This document shows, one piece after another, positions 18,294 to 27,848 of a DNA stretch of 37,387 nucleotides; position 1 is the stretch's first letter, and every line of letters starts with the position of its first letter. This DNA is from an uncultured Desulfobacter sp. (GTDB lineage: Bacteria; Desulfobacterota; Desulfobacteria; Desulfobacterales; UBA2156): NCBI GenBank assembly GCA_964608375.1, contig CAZSON010000002.1:1-37387 (forward strand). The letters run 5' to 3'. The notes under the pieces are model-generated. The model searched no databases, was not told the DNA's origin, and was given only the letters and a program-made list of their open reading frames with translations. Both the position numbers and the translations under genes were made by a program.

Positions 18294-19769
18294 ATGATAA
18301 CTCAATATGACATCAACTCCCAATTCCTCGCTTTGGATTTCGGAGCTGAAAGCGGGCGCGGTGAACTCATTACACTGTGTGAAAATAAGATTTACATTGA
18401 AGAAATCCATCGTTTTCCCAACAGACCGGTAAATCTCTGCCGAACGCTATGCTGGGATTTCCCTTTTCTTTTTGCGGAATTGCTAACAACCTTGCGAGTG
18501 TGTGCAGATAAAAACCTGTCTTTAACCGGAATTGGCATCAGTACCTGGGGTGTTGATTTTGGTTTGCTGGGAGAAGATGGGAAAATCCTGGCCAATCCGG
18601 TTCATTATCGTGATGCGCGCACAGATAAAATCGATGAATATTCGGACTTAATCATGTCCAAAGATGAGATATTCGCGGCGACAGGGTGTGAACCATGGAA
18701 TATCAGCTCGTTATTTCAATTATTAGCGATGCAGAGAGACCATTCTCCCATCCTGAAAATGGCCTGTTCTTTTTTGAATATGCCCGACCTGTTTAATTAC
18801 TGCTTGACCGGGAAAAAAGTCTCAGAGCGTTCTATCGCAAGTACCTCTAATTTAATGCAAATAGATGGCGATTGGTGTCGGAATATCATTCACCAATTCC
18901 AATTACCCGACATTTTTGAAGAACTGGTTGAACCGGGATCGGTAATTGGCAACATGAGCCCTGAAATCGCCCCCCAGCCAAATATGGCAAATGTTCCGGT
19001 CATTGCAACCTGCAGCCATGACACGGCTGCTGTAGCGGCCGCCGTACCTGCGAGCGGAGACAATTGGGCTTTTTTAAGTTCGGGAACCTGGAGTATTCTG
19101 GGCAGGCTTCGCAGCGAGCCGGTCACGACCCCGGAATTCCTGGAGAACGGATTTAGTAATGAATATACGCTCGGCGGTTGGTTTTTGTGCCGCAATATTA
19201 TAGGTCTTTGGTTGATACAAGAGCTTTACCGCAAGTGGGATACATCAGCCGATCCCTGGAACTACAAGCGGATGATGGAAGAAGCTTCCCAAGCCAAATC
19301 CGGACTCATAATAGATGTTGCCGATAAGTGTTTGCTGGCGCCGGATGATATGGAAGAATCCCTGTTGGATTTAACGCGCCGTTTTCAACAGCATTTACCA
19401 GATTCCCGCGGAGAACTGATCAGGTGTGTACTTGAAAGCCTGGCGCTTGAGTATGCTTATCGCTTGGAATTATTGTGCGCTCTGAGTAAGGAACAAGTGG
19501 ATTCATTATTCCTGGTAGGCGGAGGAATCGCCAATAAACTACTTTGCCAGTTAACGGCCAACGCATGTCAAATACCGGTATACGCCGGAGCACAGCAATG
19601 TACGTCTCTAGGCAATGCCTTAACGCAAGCCTATGCCCTCGGCATAATCAAAGAACCTGGTGAAATTCGCCGCATTATGCGCAATAGTTTTGAACTTACA
19701 GCTTATGAACCGATGGATCCCTCCTTTTGGATTGACAAGCTCTTCAAGTATAAATCCTTGACCATCTAA
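18294..19769 (+). CDS. FGGY-family kinase of the rhamnulokinase (RhaB) subfamily; by context probably L-fuculokinase
   Basis: LALDFGAESGRG, GISTWGVDFGLL, HYRDARTD, ATCSHDTAAVAAAVPA, FLSSGTWSILG and NIIGLWLIQE parallel E. coli RhaB motifs. Confidence 0.85.
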   Translation: MITQYDINSQFLALDFGAESGRGELITLCENKIYIEEIHRFPNRPVNLCRTLCWDFPFLFAELLTTLRVCADKNLSLTGIGISTWGVDFGLLGEDGKILANPVHYRDARTDKIDEYSDLIMSKDEIFAATGCEPWNISSLFQLLAMQRDHSPILKMACSFLNMPDLFNYCLTGKKVSERSIASTSNLMQIDGDWCRNIIHQFQLPDIFEELVEPGSVIGNMSPEIAPQPNMANVPVIATCSHDTAAVAAAVPASGDNWAFLSSGTWSILGRLRSEPVTTPEFLENGFSNEYTLGGWFLCRNIIGLWLIQELYRKWDTSADPWNYKRMMEEASQAKSGLIIDVADKCLLAPDDMEESLLDLTRRFQQHLPDSRGELIRCVLESLALEYAYRLELLCALSKEQVDSLFLVGGGIANKLLCQLTANACQIPVYAGAQQCTSLGNALTQAYALGIIKEPGEIRRIMRNSFELTAYEPMDPSFWIDKLFKYKSLTI

Positions 19770-19798
19770 TATTTTCAGGAGAAGATAAAGCAGAAAAC

Positions 19799-21805
19799 AT
19801 GAACTCGAAAAATCACCGATTGGCAAAAGGCTATATGAATAAAGTCCTTTATGTTAATCTTAGCAGAGAGTCATATCACTCAAAACCGATTGATCTAAAA
19901 ACCGCAGAACTGTTTTTTGGCGGCCGGGGTTTCGGAATCTGTTTTCTTTTTGAGCATTTTAAGAAACTGCAACAAGAAGGCAAATATAAGAATCCTTTTG
20001 CCGAAGTAAACCCGCTTTCACCCGACAATGTGATTGTCATCGCAACCTCACCCGCAACAGGAACCAAGATGCCGACTTCCGGAAGATTTCACATGAATTA
20101 TAAATCTCCCTTAACCGGAGCTTTGGGAAGTACCAATGCCGGAGGGCGATGGGCGGTTGAATTTAAGAAATCCGGTTATGACTTGCTGGTATTGACCGGC
20201 AAGTCTCCAAAGCCGGTCTATCTCGTGATTTCAAGTGCCGGCGTTGAGTTTGTGAAGGCCGATCCTCTCAAAGACCTGACTTCAATCGAAACCAGAACTG
20301 CCATAAAGGAAAATCTTTCCAAGAAAGCGCAAGTTCTGACCATCGGAGCAGGGGGAAAAAACCTGTCCTATTTTGCATCCGTATTGAGCGACAGAGGTAA
20401 AGCTTTTGGAAGGGGCGGGGGTGGTGCTGTTTTTGGATCAAAAAACCTCTATGCCATCGCAGTCCGTCCCGGCCAGGAAATGGCCATCGAAGTTGCCAAC
20501 GAAAAGAATTTAGAGCTTAAAAATAAAAGCGGGGCTTCTTATCAGGCCATGTTAAAACTCAATCTGGGCAAATTCACAAAAAAGGAAGAACATTTCGGAA
20601 TATTGTCTTCCATGGGGTCGTTAGGAATTTTGGGAATGGTCGACAATTTTGATCAACTTGTTCATAACAATATGCGGGATACTGATCATGACCCAGCCGA
20701 CATTAGAAAGATCAACGGTGAAGCCTTGAGAAACCACGCTAAAAACGCAAAACCAGGTGAAACTAGGATTGAGGTCAAGAGGGGTACCTGTTTTAACTGC
20801 CCGATTACATGTAAAAGAGAAACCAGGCTCATAGATGGTCAGGGGAACCTAATCGAGGCTGGCGAAGGGCCGGAATTTGAATCAACAGCGCTGATGGGGG
20901 CCAATTTATCCATATATGATCTGGCAATCATAACCCAGGCCGTTTATCTGGCAAATCATTACGGCCTCGATACCATCTCCCTGGGCGCAACCATCGCCTC
21001 GTTTTTTGAGCTTTATGATGTTATGGCTGAAAAGGCCGAAAATCTTCCACCACTTGAAAAAAAATTTTTAGAGGAAATAGAGGATTTTATTTCGCAATAT
21101 GGAACACCAGGTTTTGGAAAATCTGAATTACTGATTCCATTGGTGCACTTGATCGGCAAAGCGGAGGGAATCGGCAGGCAACTGGCAAAGGGTTCTTATC
21201 GATTCTGTGAACGTTATGGTCATAAAGAACTTTCGATGAGTGTGAAGAAACTGGAGCTGCCGGCCTACGACCCTCGAATGTCATTCAGCCAGGCGTTGTG
21301 TTATGAGATGAATAACCGGGGAGGATGTCATTTGGAAGGCGGTTACACGGCCCCGCATGCTTACTGTGCGGGTTATGCCGAATGGCCTGCCGATAGAATA
21401 GAAGGTACACCCTTGATAGCCAAAAACGCCGCCCTGAAAAACACGACCCTCGATATCATCTGTGCTTGTGCATATGGATCATTCTCATTAAATCTGGATG
21501 AATATGGTGCCTTGATCAGCGCAGTTACCGGACTTGAATACAATTCAGGAACTCTTAAAGAACTCGCCCGTCGGGTTATCACGCTGGAAAAGGTCTTTAA
21601 CATTCTGTGTGGATTGACTCGGGACGATGACTGGCTTCCGGATAGGTTTTATTCGGAAACCATCCGGGCAAAGGACTTTACGGCAATCTGCCGGCGGGAA
21701 GAATTTCAAAAAATGCACCATGAATATTATGATTCCCTCGGGTGGGACAGGAATGGCAAACCGACCGAAAAAACCTTGAAGGAATTGCAATTATTAGAAA
21801 TCTAA
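19799..21805 (+). CDS. Aldehyde:ferredoxin oxidoreductase family (tungstopterin/[4Fe-4S] AOR)
   Basis: MNKVLYVNLS…FFGGRGFG N-terminal AOR domain, GRGGGGAVFGSKNLYAIAV, a Cys motif CFNCPITCKRE, and EGPEFES. Alternative start at ATG 19835 (MNKVLYVNLS). Confidence 0.88.
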   Translation: MNSKNHRLAKGYMNKVLYVNLSRESYHSKPIDLKTAELFFGGRGFGICFLFEHFKKLQQEGKYKNPFAEVNPLSPDNVIVIATSPATGTKMPTSGRFHMNYKSPLTGALGSTNAGGRWAVEFKKSGYDLLVLTGKSPKPVYLVISSAGVEFVKADPLKDLTSIETRTAIKENLSKKAQVLTIGAGGKNLSYFASVLSDRGKAFGRGGGGAVFGSKNLYAIAVRPGQEMAIEVANEKNLELKNKSGASYQAMLKLNLGKFTKKEEHFGILSSMGSLGILGMVDNFDQLVHNNMRDTDHDPADIRKINGEALRNHAKNAKPGETRIEVKRGTCFNCPITCKRETRLIDGQGNLIEAGEGPEFESTALMGANLSIYDLAIITQAVYLANHYGLDTISLGATIASFFELYDVMAEKAENLPPLEKKFLEEIEDFISQYGTPGFGKSELLIPLVHLIGKAEGIGRQLAKGSYRFCERYGHKELSMSVKKLELPAYDPRMSFSQALCYEMNNRGGCHLEGGYTAPHAYCAGYAEWPADRIEGTPLIAKNAALKNTTLDIICACAYGSFSLNLDEYGALISAVTGLEYNSGTLKELARRVITLEKVFNILCGLTRDDDWLPDRFYSETIRAKDFTAICRREEFQKMHHEYYDSLGWDRNGKPTEKTLKELQLLEI

Positions 21806-21812
21806 GAGTCAA

Positions 21813-23237
21813 ATGGAATCAAATAAAAAGATAACTGATAATAAAGATCGTATATTTGAAAGAATACAAAAAATCGGAACGGCGATTTCCTTAGTTAACG
21901 CCAATAATACCCATAGCGGCAATCTTTCCATGCGTGATCCGTCTGATCCTGACTTATTTTATATTACCGCCAGCGGCTCGCAAGGAGGCCGTCTGATCAA
22001 ACATGATATAGTGCCTATACATTTTTCCGGAGTAAGTTGGGGAGATGCACGAGGTTCGACCGAATCAACGATTCATAGAAAGATCTTGAATATTCCAGGA
22101 GTAAATTCTGTAATTCATGCCCATTATATGCATAGCACATTTATCTCATTCGATACCAAAGATAAGCAGTTATTCCTTAGGTTTTTAGGAACCGACAGCC
22201 ATGAAAGAGAAGAATTTCTTTTTTATCCGGTTGATCTGATAGGTGCTTATTCCATTGGAGGCGTCAAGGTTGGAAGTTACGAACAACCGGTAGGATCTTG
22301 CGAGATGGAAGAAAGAATTCCTCAATACTTAGGCGAAAACATCTTAACGATTGTAAGAGGTCACGGTCCGTTTGCCAGGGGTTCTTCACCCGAAAATGCC
22401 TTTCATTACCTGAGTGTTTTAGAAAACAGCTCCATGCTGGCGATATTCCTCCGAAGAAGAGGTGTCGACATCGGTCGAATTCAAAAATCGATCATTGATT
22501 TGGGAAAAGATAAGTTTTTCCCGGTTGATCCCGGTATCTCAGAAATGAACGATTCTCCCAAATTTGAGATCAATGACCCATCTGTGCTGGAGGATTTTCG
22601 TATCAGGCTGAATTATAATTACCGCCAATCCATAGGCGCTTTTGGAACCGGATCAATGAGCCATAAGATCTCTTCAAAGGAGATGATCTTTTGTTCATTG
22701 TCTGCCGTTCCCGAAAACTTCGAGTTTCCTCTATGCCGCACCACCATCAGTTTTCGGGCGGACGATTCATTAGACTTAAGGCTACATAAGCTGATTTATC
22801 AACATACACACCAGAATTCTTGTATGATTACGTCAAGTCCACTGGCAACTGCAGAAGGTATGGCAATTTTGGCAGAGGAATATGGTATGCAAGTATTGTT
22901 AGACATCGAAACTAAAATTCCTTATCTGGCCAAAGACCATCCCGTGGTAAAGCCGATAGACGGCGAAGCTATTTACCTGAATCCCAGAGTAGGACTGGTT
23001 GACATTTCGCAGTTGACCGACATGACACCGGACAACCCGATTCTCAATATGCTCCGCTGGCATAAAGGCTGCTGCATCGTTGCCGGGTATGCCGTCATCT
23101 CAACAGGAGAAGCGACACTGGAACAAGCCGCACACAATGCGGCATCCGCCGAAAGAATAGCCAAGTTTCGTTCCGAAGTCTTTATTAATGAAAAACTGCT
23201 AAAAGGGCCGTCAGTTGAGGTGTTCGAGCCGCTGTAA
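21813..23237 (+). CDS. Tandem class II aldolase/adducin-domain protein (N-terminal domain FucA-like and intact, C-terminal domain degenerate)
   Basis: N-domain: HSGNLSMRD, STESTIHRKI, SVIHAHYMHS and VRGHGPFARG (Glu plus 3 His zinc/catalytic pattern). C-domain repeats the fold pattern (GTGSMSHKIS, DLRLHKLIY, CCIVAGYAVISTGEATLEQAAHNAASAERIAKF), but the His ligands are replaced (SCMITSSP, VAGYAV). Confidence 0.8.
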   Translation: MESNKKITDNKDRIFERIQKIGTAISLVNANNTHSGNLSMRDPSDPDLFYITASGSQGGRLIKHDIVPIHFSGVSWGDARGSTESTIHRKILNIPGVNSVIHAHYMHSTFISFDTKDKQLFLRFLGTDSHEREEFLFYPVDLIGAYSIGGVKVGSYEQPVGSCEMEERIPQYLGENILTIVRGHGPFARGSSPENAFHYLSVLENSSMLAIFLRRRGVDIGRIQKSIIDLGKDKFFPVDPGISEMNDSPKFEINDPSVLEDFRIRLNYNYRQSIGAFGTGSMSHKISSKEMIFCSLSAVPENFEFPLCRTTISFRADDSLDLRLHKLIYQHTHQNSCMITSSPLATAEGMAILAEEYGMQVLLDIETKIPYLAKDHPVVKPIDGEAIYLNPRVGLVDISQLTDMTPDNPILNMLRWHKGCCIVAGYAVISTGEATLEQAAHNAASAERIAKFRSEVFINEKLLKGPSVEVFEPL

Positions 23238-23281
23238 TCAATAGTCAGTGAAAGAGGTCTTGATAAACTGCAGCAATCTGA

Positions 23282-24049
23282 TTATGCATCATTACCCCCG
23301 GTTAAAATCGATTTTACACTTTTTAGAATCTTTTCTTTTGCAGCATTACCGTATGCAAGATTTGCGTCCTTAGCACTGCGCGAATACCATTTATCATCTT
23401 TATACTTATCCATATTAACACCTTCCGGGCAGAACGCCATCATGAGAGACATCTCCTGCTTACCGGTGTGATCGATAGGAAACTCCTTTTGAATTTCAAC
23501 ATCAAGCAATGGATGCAAACGAATCCAACTAAACGGGTCTGTTTGAGCTTTATGATCTGAATAATAATTTTCCATGTCATCTCGACCCCACCAATCTTCA
23601 CCGCGTTCTTTTTCTAAAAAGTCAAAAGTTGCTTGTCTGGCGGCCAACTTGAAAGCCAGATCTGTAGGCATACCGGAAATGAAGTTTTCACTTTGATGAT
23701 GAATAAAACAGTGAATATTCTGGAAACCGGTGCGAAGCAGGCTGGAAAACAGATGACGACCAAAAGTATTTAAGACTTCTGAGGTAACATGGATAGAGCC
23801 TTTGCCACCTTCTGGAGATTCAACGACATAACTAGCTGCACCATAATAAAATGGTGGCAAAATAATCATATCAATCTCTTTTTCCAAAAGCGCCATAGTT
23901 TTGACAACCAATAGCGTATCAACACCCATTACCGAATGCTCGCCGTGGTACTCCAGTACACCAAGTGGTAAAACAACCGGCCAATGATCCTTTATTGCTT
24001 TTCGGATTTGATCAGGAAACATTAATTCAAACCGCATATAATACTCCAT
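23282..24049 (-). CDS. Creatininase-family amidohydrolase
   Basis: LPLGVLEYHGEHSVMGVDTLL (E-x-H…D metal motif), IHHQSEN, and HTGKQEMSLMMAFCPEGV match the creatininase fold family. Confidence 0.75.
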   Translation of the reverse strand: MEYYMRFELMFPDQIRKAIKDHWPVVLPLGVLEYHGEHSVMGVDTLLVVKTMALLEKEIDMIILPPFYYGAASYVVESPEGGKGSIHVTSEVLNTFGRHLFSSLLRTGFQNIHCFIHHQSENFISGMPTDLAFKLAARQATFDFLEKERGEDWWGRDDMENYYSDHKAQTDPFSWIRLHPLLDVEIQKEFPIDHTGKQEMSLMMAFCPEGVNMDKYKDDKWYSRSAKDANLAYGNAAKEKILKSVKSILTGGNDA

Positions 24050-25213
24050 TTATAAAATTTCGATTAATTCTGTTTTGTATTTTGACAGCATGTCACATCC
24101 ATCTTCTGTCACATGGATGCCGTTTTCCCAGCGTAACCCGAAATTAGCGGCTGCTAAAAACGTGTCCACCTGAAATGTCATATTGGGAACAAATCTATAT
24201 TCTGAATTTGACTCTACCCACGGTTCTTCAACTTCCATCATACCCAGACCGTGTGCCGGACCATAAAGATAATTGTCACTGCAACCTTGAGCGACAATAA
24301 ATTTGTAAAACTTATCAACAACCTCTTTTGCAACGACTCCGTTTATGAGCCATTCGTATGTTTTAAAATGCGCTTCCAGACCAATTTCAAGAAGTTTCCG
24401 CATCTCGTCAGTTGCCTTACCCATTACAATTGGCCTGCCGATACTTGGAGAATATCCATCGATACGGGCACCGAGGTTTATCTGAACCATATCGCCTTGC
24501 TGAATCACCCGATCTGTTGCACGCCCGATCGCGTTGTTACTGTTTGCGCCGGAAAGAACATAAACAGGATGCGCTTCATATTCGCCACCAAACTCATAAA
24601 TATACTTTTGGATATGACCCACAATTTGGGTCTCGGTCATACCGGGTTTGATGAATGGTATTACCTGTTCAAAAACCTTTTCCGATATTTCAAAAGCTTC
24701 TTTCAGAATCTCAATCTCTGCCGGACTTTTAATTTGTCTTAACTCAGAAACAAGTTTCGAGTGAAAAATCTCAGCATTCGGAAAAGCGTTGATGATCGCT
24801 TGATAAATCGGAACCGGCAGGATGGCTAAACCACATATTCCTATTTTTTTAAATTTTGCAAGGCCACCGGAATTTTCGGCAATACTTTCAAAAGTATCCA
24901 GCTCAATACCTGGATAGGCGGGTTCAGCCGACTCTCTATACTCAAGCATCTTGGCAATGTTTTTAATCTTGCTTCGACCCTCGGCAAATGTTTCAGATTC
25001 GGGCCCGATAATCAAAGTCGGTTTACCTTCTTTCGGGATAAAAATACCCCCTGTTTCAAATAGTGGCCAATAGTTGCTGAAATATCGTACATTAGCAAAA
25101 TCAGCTTCATGACTGTGTGCGATAATGGCATCAATACCATCTGCAGCCATTTTTTTTTGAGCCGCTGCAATTCTTGCCTGATACTCGGTGTTTGAAATTT
25201 TTTTCATTGTCAT
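24050..25213 (-). CDS. M24 pita-bread-fold protein with creatinase/prolidase N-domain; canonical dinuclear metal ligands partly lost
   Basis: 387 aa aligned from memory to M24B prolidases. GDMVQINLGARIDGYSPSIGRP replaces GDxxxIDxG…Y.SDITR (both Asp ligands become Asn and Ser). AHGLGMMEVEEP keeps the His. FQVDT replaces TIEPG. LRWENG keeps the last Glu. Confidence 0.75.
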   Translation of the reverse strand: MTMKKISNTEYQARIAAAQKKMAADGIDAIIAHSHEADFANVRYFSNYWPLFETGGIFIPKEGKPTLIIGPESETFAEGRSKIKNIAKMLEYRESAEPAYPGIELDTFESIAENSGGLAKFKKIGICGLAILPVPIYQAIINAFPNAEIFHSKLVSELRQIKSPAEIEILKEAFEISEKVFEQVIPFIKPGMTETQIVGHIQKYIYEFGGEYEAHPVYVLSGANSNNAIGRATDRVIQQGDMVQINLGARIDGYSPSIGRPIVMGKATDEMRKLLEIGLEAHFKTYEWLINGVVAKEVVDKFYKFIVAQGCSDNYLYGPAHGLGMMEVEEPWVESNSEYRFVPNMTFQVDTFLAAANFGLRWENGIHVTEDGCDMLSKYKTELIEIL

Positions 25214-25262
25214 TCATCCTTACTTTAAGATTTGTTTAGTTTCTCTTGGGAAATGGGTCGTT

Positions 25263-26765
25263 TCAATCGCTCTCCTTTTCGCCCCGGGGCCGGCTGAGCA
25301 GGTGCCGGGTTGAATTATAGAGCTCCCGGTACCTCGCATACCCTTCATCATAAATCGCTTTGGATGTTTCACTCGGGGTGATCTCTGCTTCCATGCGCAC
25401 CCACCGGCTTATCTCATTGATACTGTTGAAATAATTGCTTCCTACAGCTGCCAGGAATGCATCACCGTAACAGGCGCCCAGCTTCTGCCGGGCAAGGTTT
25501 TGCGGGCATCCGGTGATATCTGTGATTATCTGCATCAATTGGCGGCTTGCGGAGGCTCCTCCGGTTGCCAGAATTCGGTCGGCCTGGGCGCCTGCTTTTT
25601 CCATCTCCTCAATATTATGCCGGATTCCGTAACCGACAGCTTCCTGAAGAGAACGGTATAAATCTCCCGCAGTGCTGGAAAGAGACATTCCGAAGAATAC
25701 CCCCTTGGCAGCGGGATCGTGCAGTGGGGTTCTTTCTCCGGCAAAATAAGGTAAGGTAGTGATGCCTCCTGCACCGGGAGGAGATTTCATTGCCAGGTTT
25801 TCCCATTGCGCAACACGCCTACCGGGAAAGGTTTCCCCCAACCATTTAAACATACTCCCTACGGTGGACATGCCTCCTGTCAGAACGAAGGAGCCGGGCT
25901 CCAGAAAATTTGACGCCCAGAATGAGCGGACCGGCTGCAGGTTTTCAGTTTTTAAGATAAAGAAGTTGCTGCTGCCGTACATCATCATCATGTCGCCTGT
26001 TTTTTCCACTCCTGCAGCAAGCGCCTCCGAAGCCGCATCGGTTGTGCCGGTTACGACAGGCACTCCAGGCGGTAAGCCTGTCAGTTCCGCCGCCTTTTGG
26101 GTAAGTTCCCCGGCGACCTGAGTGCTCCATAAGAGCTCGGAAAGTTTTTCCATCTCCGTAATGAAACCGGCAAGGGATTGGTCCCAGGTTCTTTTTTCTA
26201 AATCGAAGATCGGGGCATATCCAATGGCACTATAGATATCCAGCGTGTATCTACCGGTAAGTTTGTAAACCAGGTACCCGGAGGCCGTCAGAATCTTTGA
26301 GGTTTTTTGCCAAACCTCCGGTTCGTTTTTCCGTATCCATAGGATTTTCGGACAACATGATTGGGAGGAGAGATCCTGTCCTGTTTTAGCAAAAATTGCC
26401 TCGCGACCGAGCTTTTCTTCAATCTCCCGAACCTCCTTCTCTGCCCGCGTATCGATTCCGTAAAGAATCCCGGGACGTAGCGGCTTTCCCCCTTTATCTA
26501 AAGGCAGTACACAGGGGCCGATGGTACTTACGGCCAGCCCTTTGATCGCTTCTTTGGAATATGGCAGATTGCTCAACAGCTTTCGGCACAGCAACTGGAA
26601 GTCCCCCCACCAGATCCGGTCCGCATCCTGCTCATACCATCCCGGCTGAGGCATTGACATCTTATGAGGAACGGATGCCTGACAGAGCACATTTCCTTCA
26701 ACATCAACAACGGTCGCTTTGGATGAACCGGTCCCGATATCTACCCCTAGAAAACATTCGTTCAT
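25263..26765 (-). CDS. FGGY-family carbohydrate kinase (xylulokinase/gluconokinase-like), substrate unknown
   Basis: FLGVDIGTGSSKATVVD, TGTTDAASEALAAG, and ATGGASASRQLMQIITDITG motifs of FGGY N- and C-domains. Confidence 0.85.
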   Translation of the reverse strand: MNECFLGVDIGTGSSKATVVDVEGNVLCQASVPHKMSMPQPGWYEQDADRIWWGDFQLLCRKLLSNLPYSKEAIKGLAVSTIGPCVLPLDKGGKPLRPGILYGIDTRAEKEVREIEEKLGREAIFAKTGQDLSSQSCCPKILWIRKNEPEVWQKTSKILTASGYLVYKLTGRYTLDIYSAIGYAPIFDLEKRTWDQSLAGFITEMEKLSELLWSTQVAGELTQKAAELTGLPPGVPVVTGTTDAASEALAAGVEKTGDMMMMYGSSNFFILKTENLQPVRSFWASNFLEPGSFVLTGGMSTVGSMFKWLGETFPGRRVAQWENLAMKSPPGAGGITTLPYFAGERTPLHDPAAKGVFFGMSLSSTAGDLYRSLQEAVGYGIRHNIEEMEKAGAQADRILATGGASASRQLMQIITDITGCPQNLARQKLGACYGDAFLAAVGSNYFNSINEISRWVRMEAEITPSETSKAIYDEGYARYRELYNSTRHLLSRPRGEKESD

Positions 26766-26780
26766 TTTTTTCCATTTTTT

Positions 26781-27848
26781 TTATAGAAGGATTTTTCCAC
26801 GCTGAAGAATCGGATCACCATCAAGAAGAACGCAACCTTCGTTGCGGATATCCTTTACAATATCCCAGTGTACTGGAGATTGATTCGTTCCGCCGCATTC
26901 CGGATAAGCTCTTCCCAAGGCGATGTGAATTGTTCCACCGATCTTCTCGTCGATGAGGATGTCATTGCAGAATCTATCAAGCATGAAATTTGTACCAAAG
27001 GCAAATTCCCCGGGAAGGGATGCCCCTTTAACTCGACCTATTATCGACTGAAAAAACTCCTTTTCCGTAGATGCGCAAGCATCTGTTAATTCTCCATTTT
27101 CCCAGGTAAGTCGAATGTCCCGGATAAGCCTGCCTCCAAGAATACCCGGGCGCTCGAAGGTGATCGTTCCATTTACGGTTTCAATTACAGGGGCGGTTGC
27201 TATCTCCCCGTCCGGCATGTTGATTTTTCCTGCGAATGAAATCCACTTGCGTCCCTCTACTGAAAAAGAGAGATCTGTATTCTCTCCGGTAATCCGTATT
27301 TGCTTGCCTTTATTCAGCCGGTCACACCAGACGTTCCACTTTTCCGCCTCCTTTTCCCAGCTCAGAAAGCAGGAATTAAAGAACATGTCTGTGATGGTCT
27401 CCTCGTCGGTTTTCGCCTGCTGGGCGAAGGCACTGTTGGGAACTCTAACCAGGCACCAGCGGGTTTTCGCCCATCTTTTTTGAGATACAACTCCCATGGC
27501 TGCCTGGTTGGCTGCAAGTTTCTCTGCGGGGATATCCTGGAGTTCAAATAGATTGTGGGCACCCCTTAGACCAATGTAGACATCCGCCCATTCCATACCC
27601 CAAATCTCCATTTCAGGAATCCATTCTATCTGTTCCCGGTTTCCGTGTTTCAAAACAGAGCGGCGGAGGGTTTCTGAACGAAACTGAACCTGCGGAAAAG
27701 CTCCGACCTTGATTGCCGCCAAGTACACACCTTTTGCCAACGGATAGGTTTCAGGCTCAACCATAGCTATCATAACGCGATCCCCAGGTACAACCCGGGT
27801 GGAGTAGTTAACCAGGATCTCTCCCAGTTTTTCCCAGCGTTTATCCAT
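26781..27848 (-). CDS. M29-family aminopeptidase (AmpS/PepS-like)
   Basis: MDKRWEKLGEILVNYSTRVVPGDRVMI N-terminus, …GEFAFGTN…DEKIGGTIHIALG C-terminal motif, and 355 aa length. Confidence 0.7.
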   Translation of the reverse strand: MDKRWEKLGEILVNYSTRVVPGDRVMIAMVEPETYPLAKGVYLAAIKVGAFPQVQFRSETLRRSVLKHGNREQIEWIPEMEIWGMEWADVYIGLRGAHNLFELQDIPAEKLAANQAAMGVVSQKRWAKTRWCLVRVPNSAFAQQAKTDEETITDMFFNSCFLSWEKEAEKWNVWCDRLNKGKQIRITGENTDLSFSVEGRKWISFAGKINMPDGEIATAPVIETVNGTITFERPGILGGRLIRDIRLTWENGELTDACASTEKEFFQSIIGRVKGASLPGEFAFGTNFMLDRFCNDILIDEKIGGTIHIALGRAYPECGGTNQSPVHWDIVKDIRNEGCVLLDGDPILQRGKILL

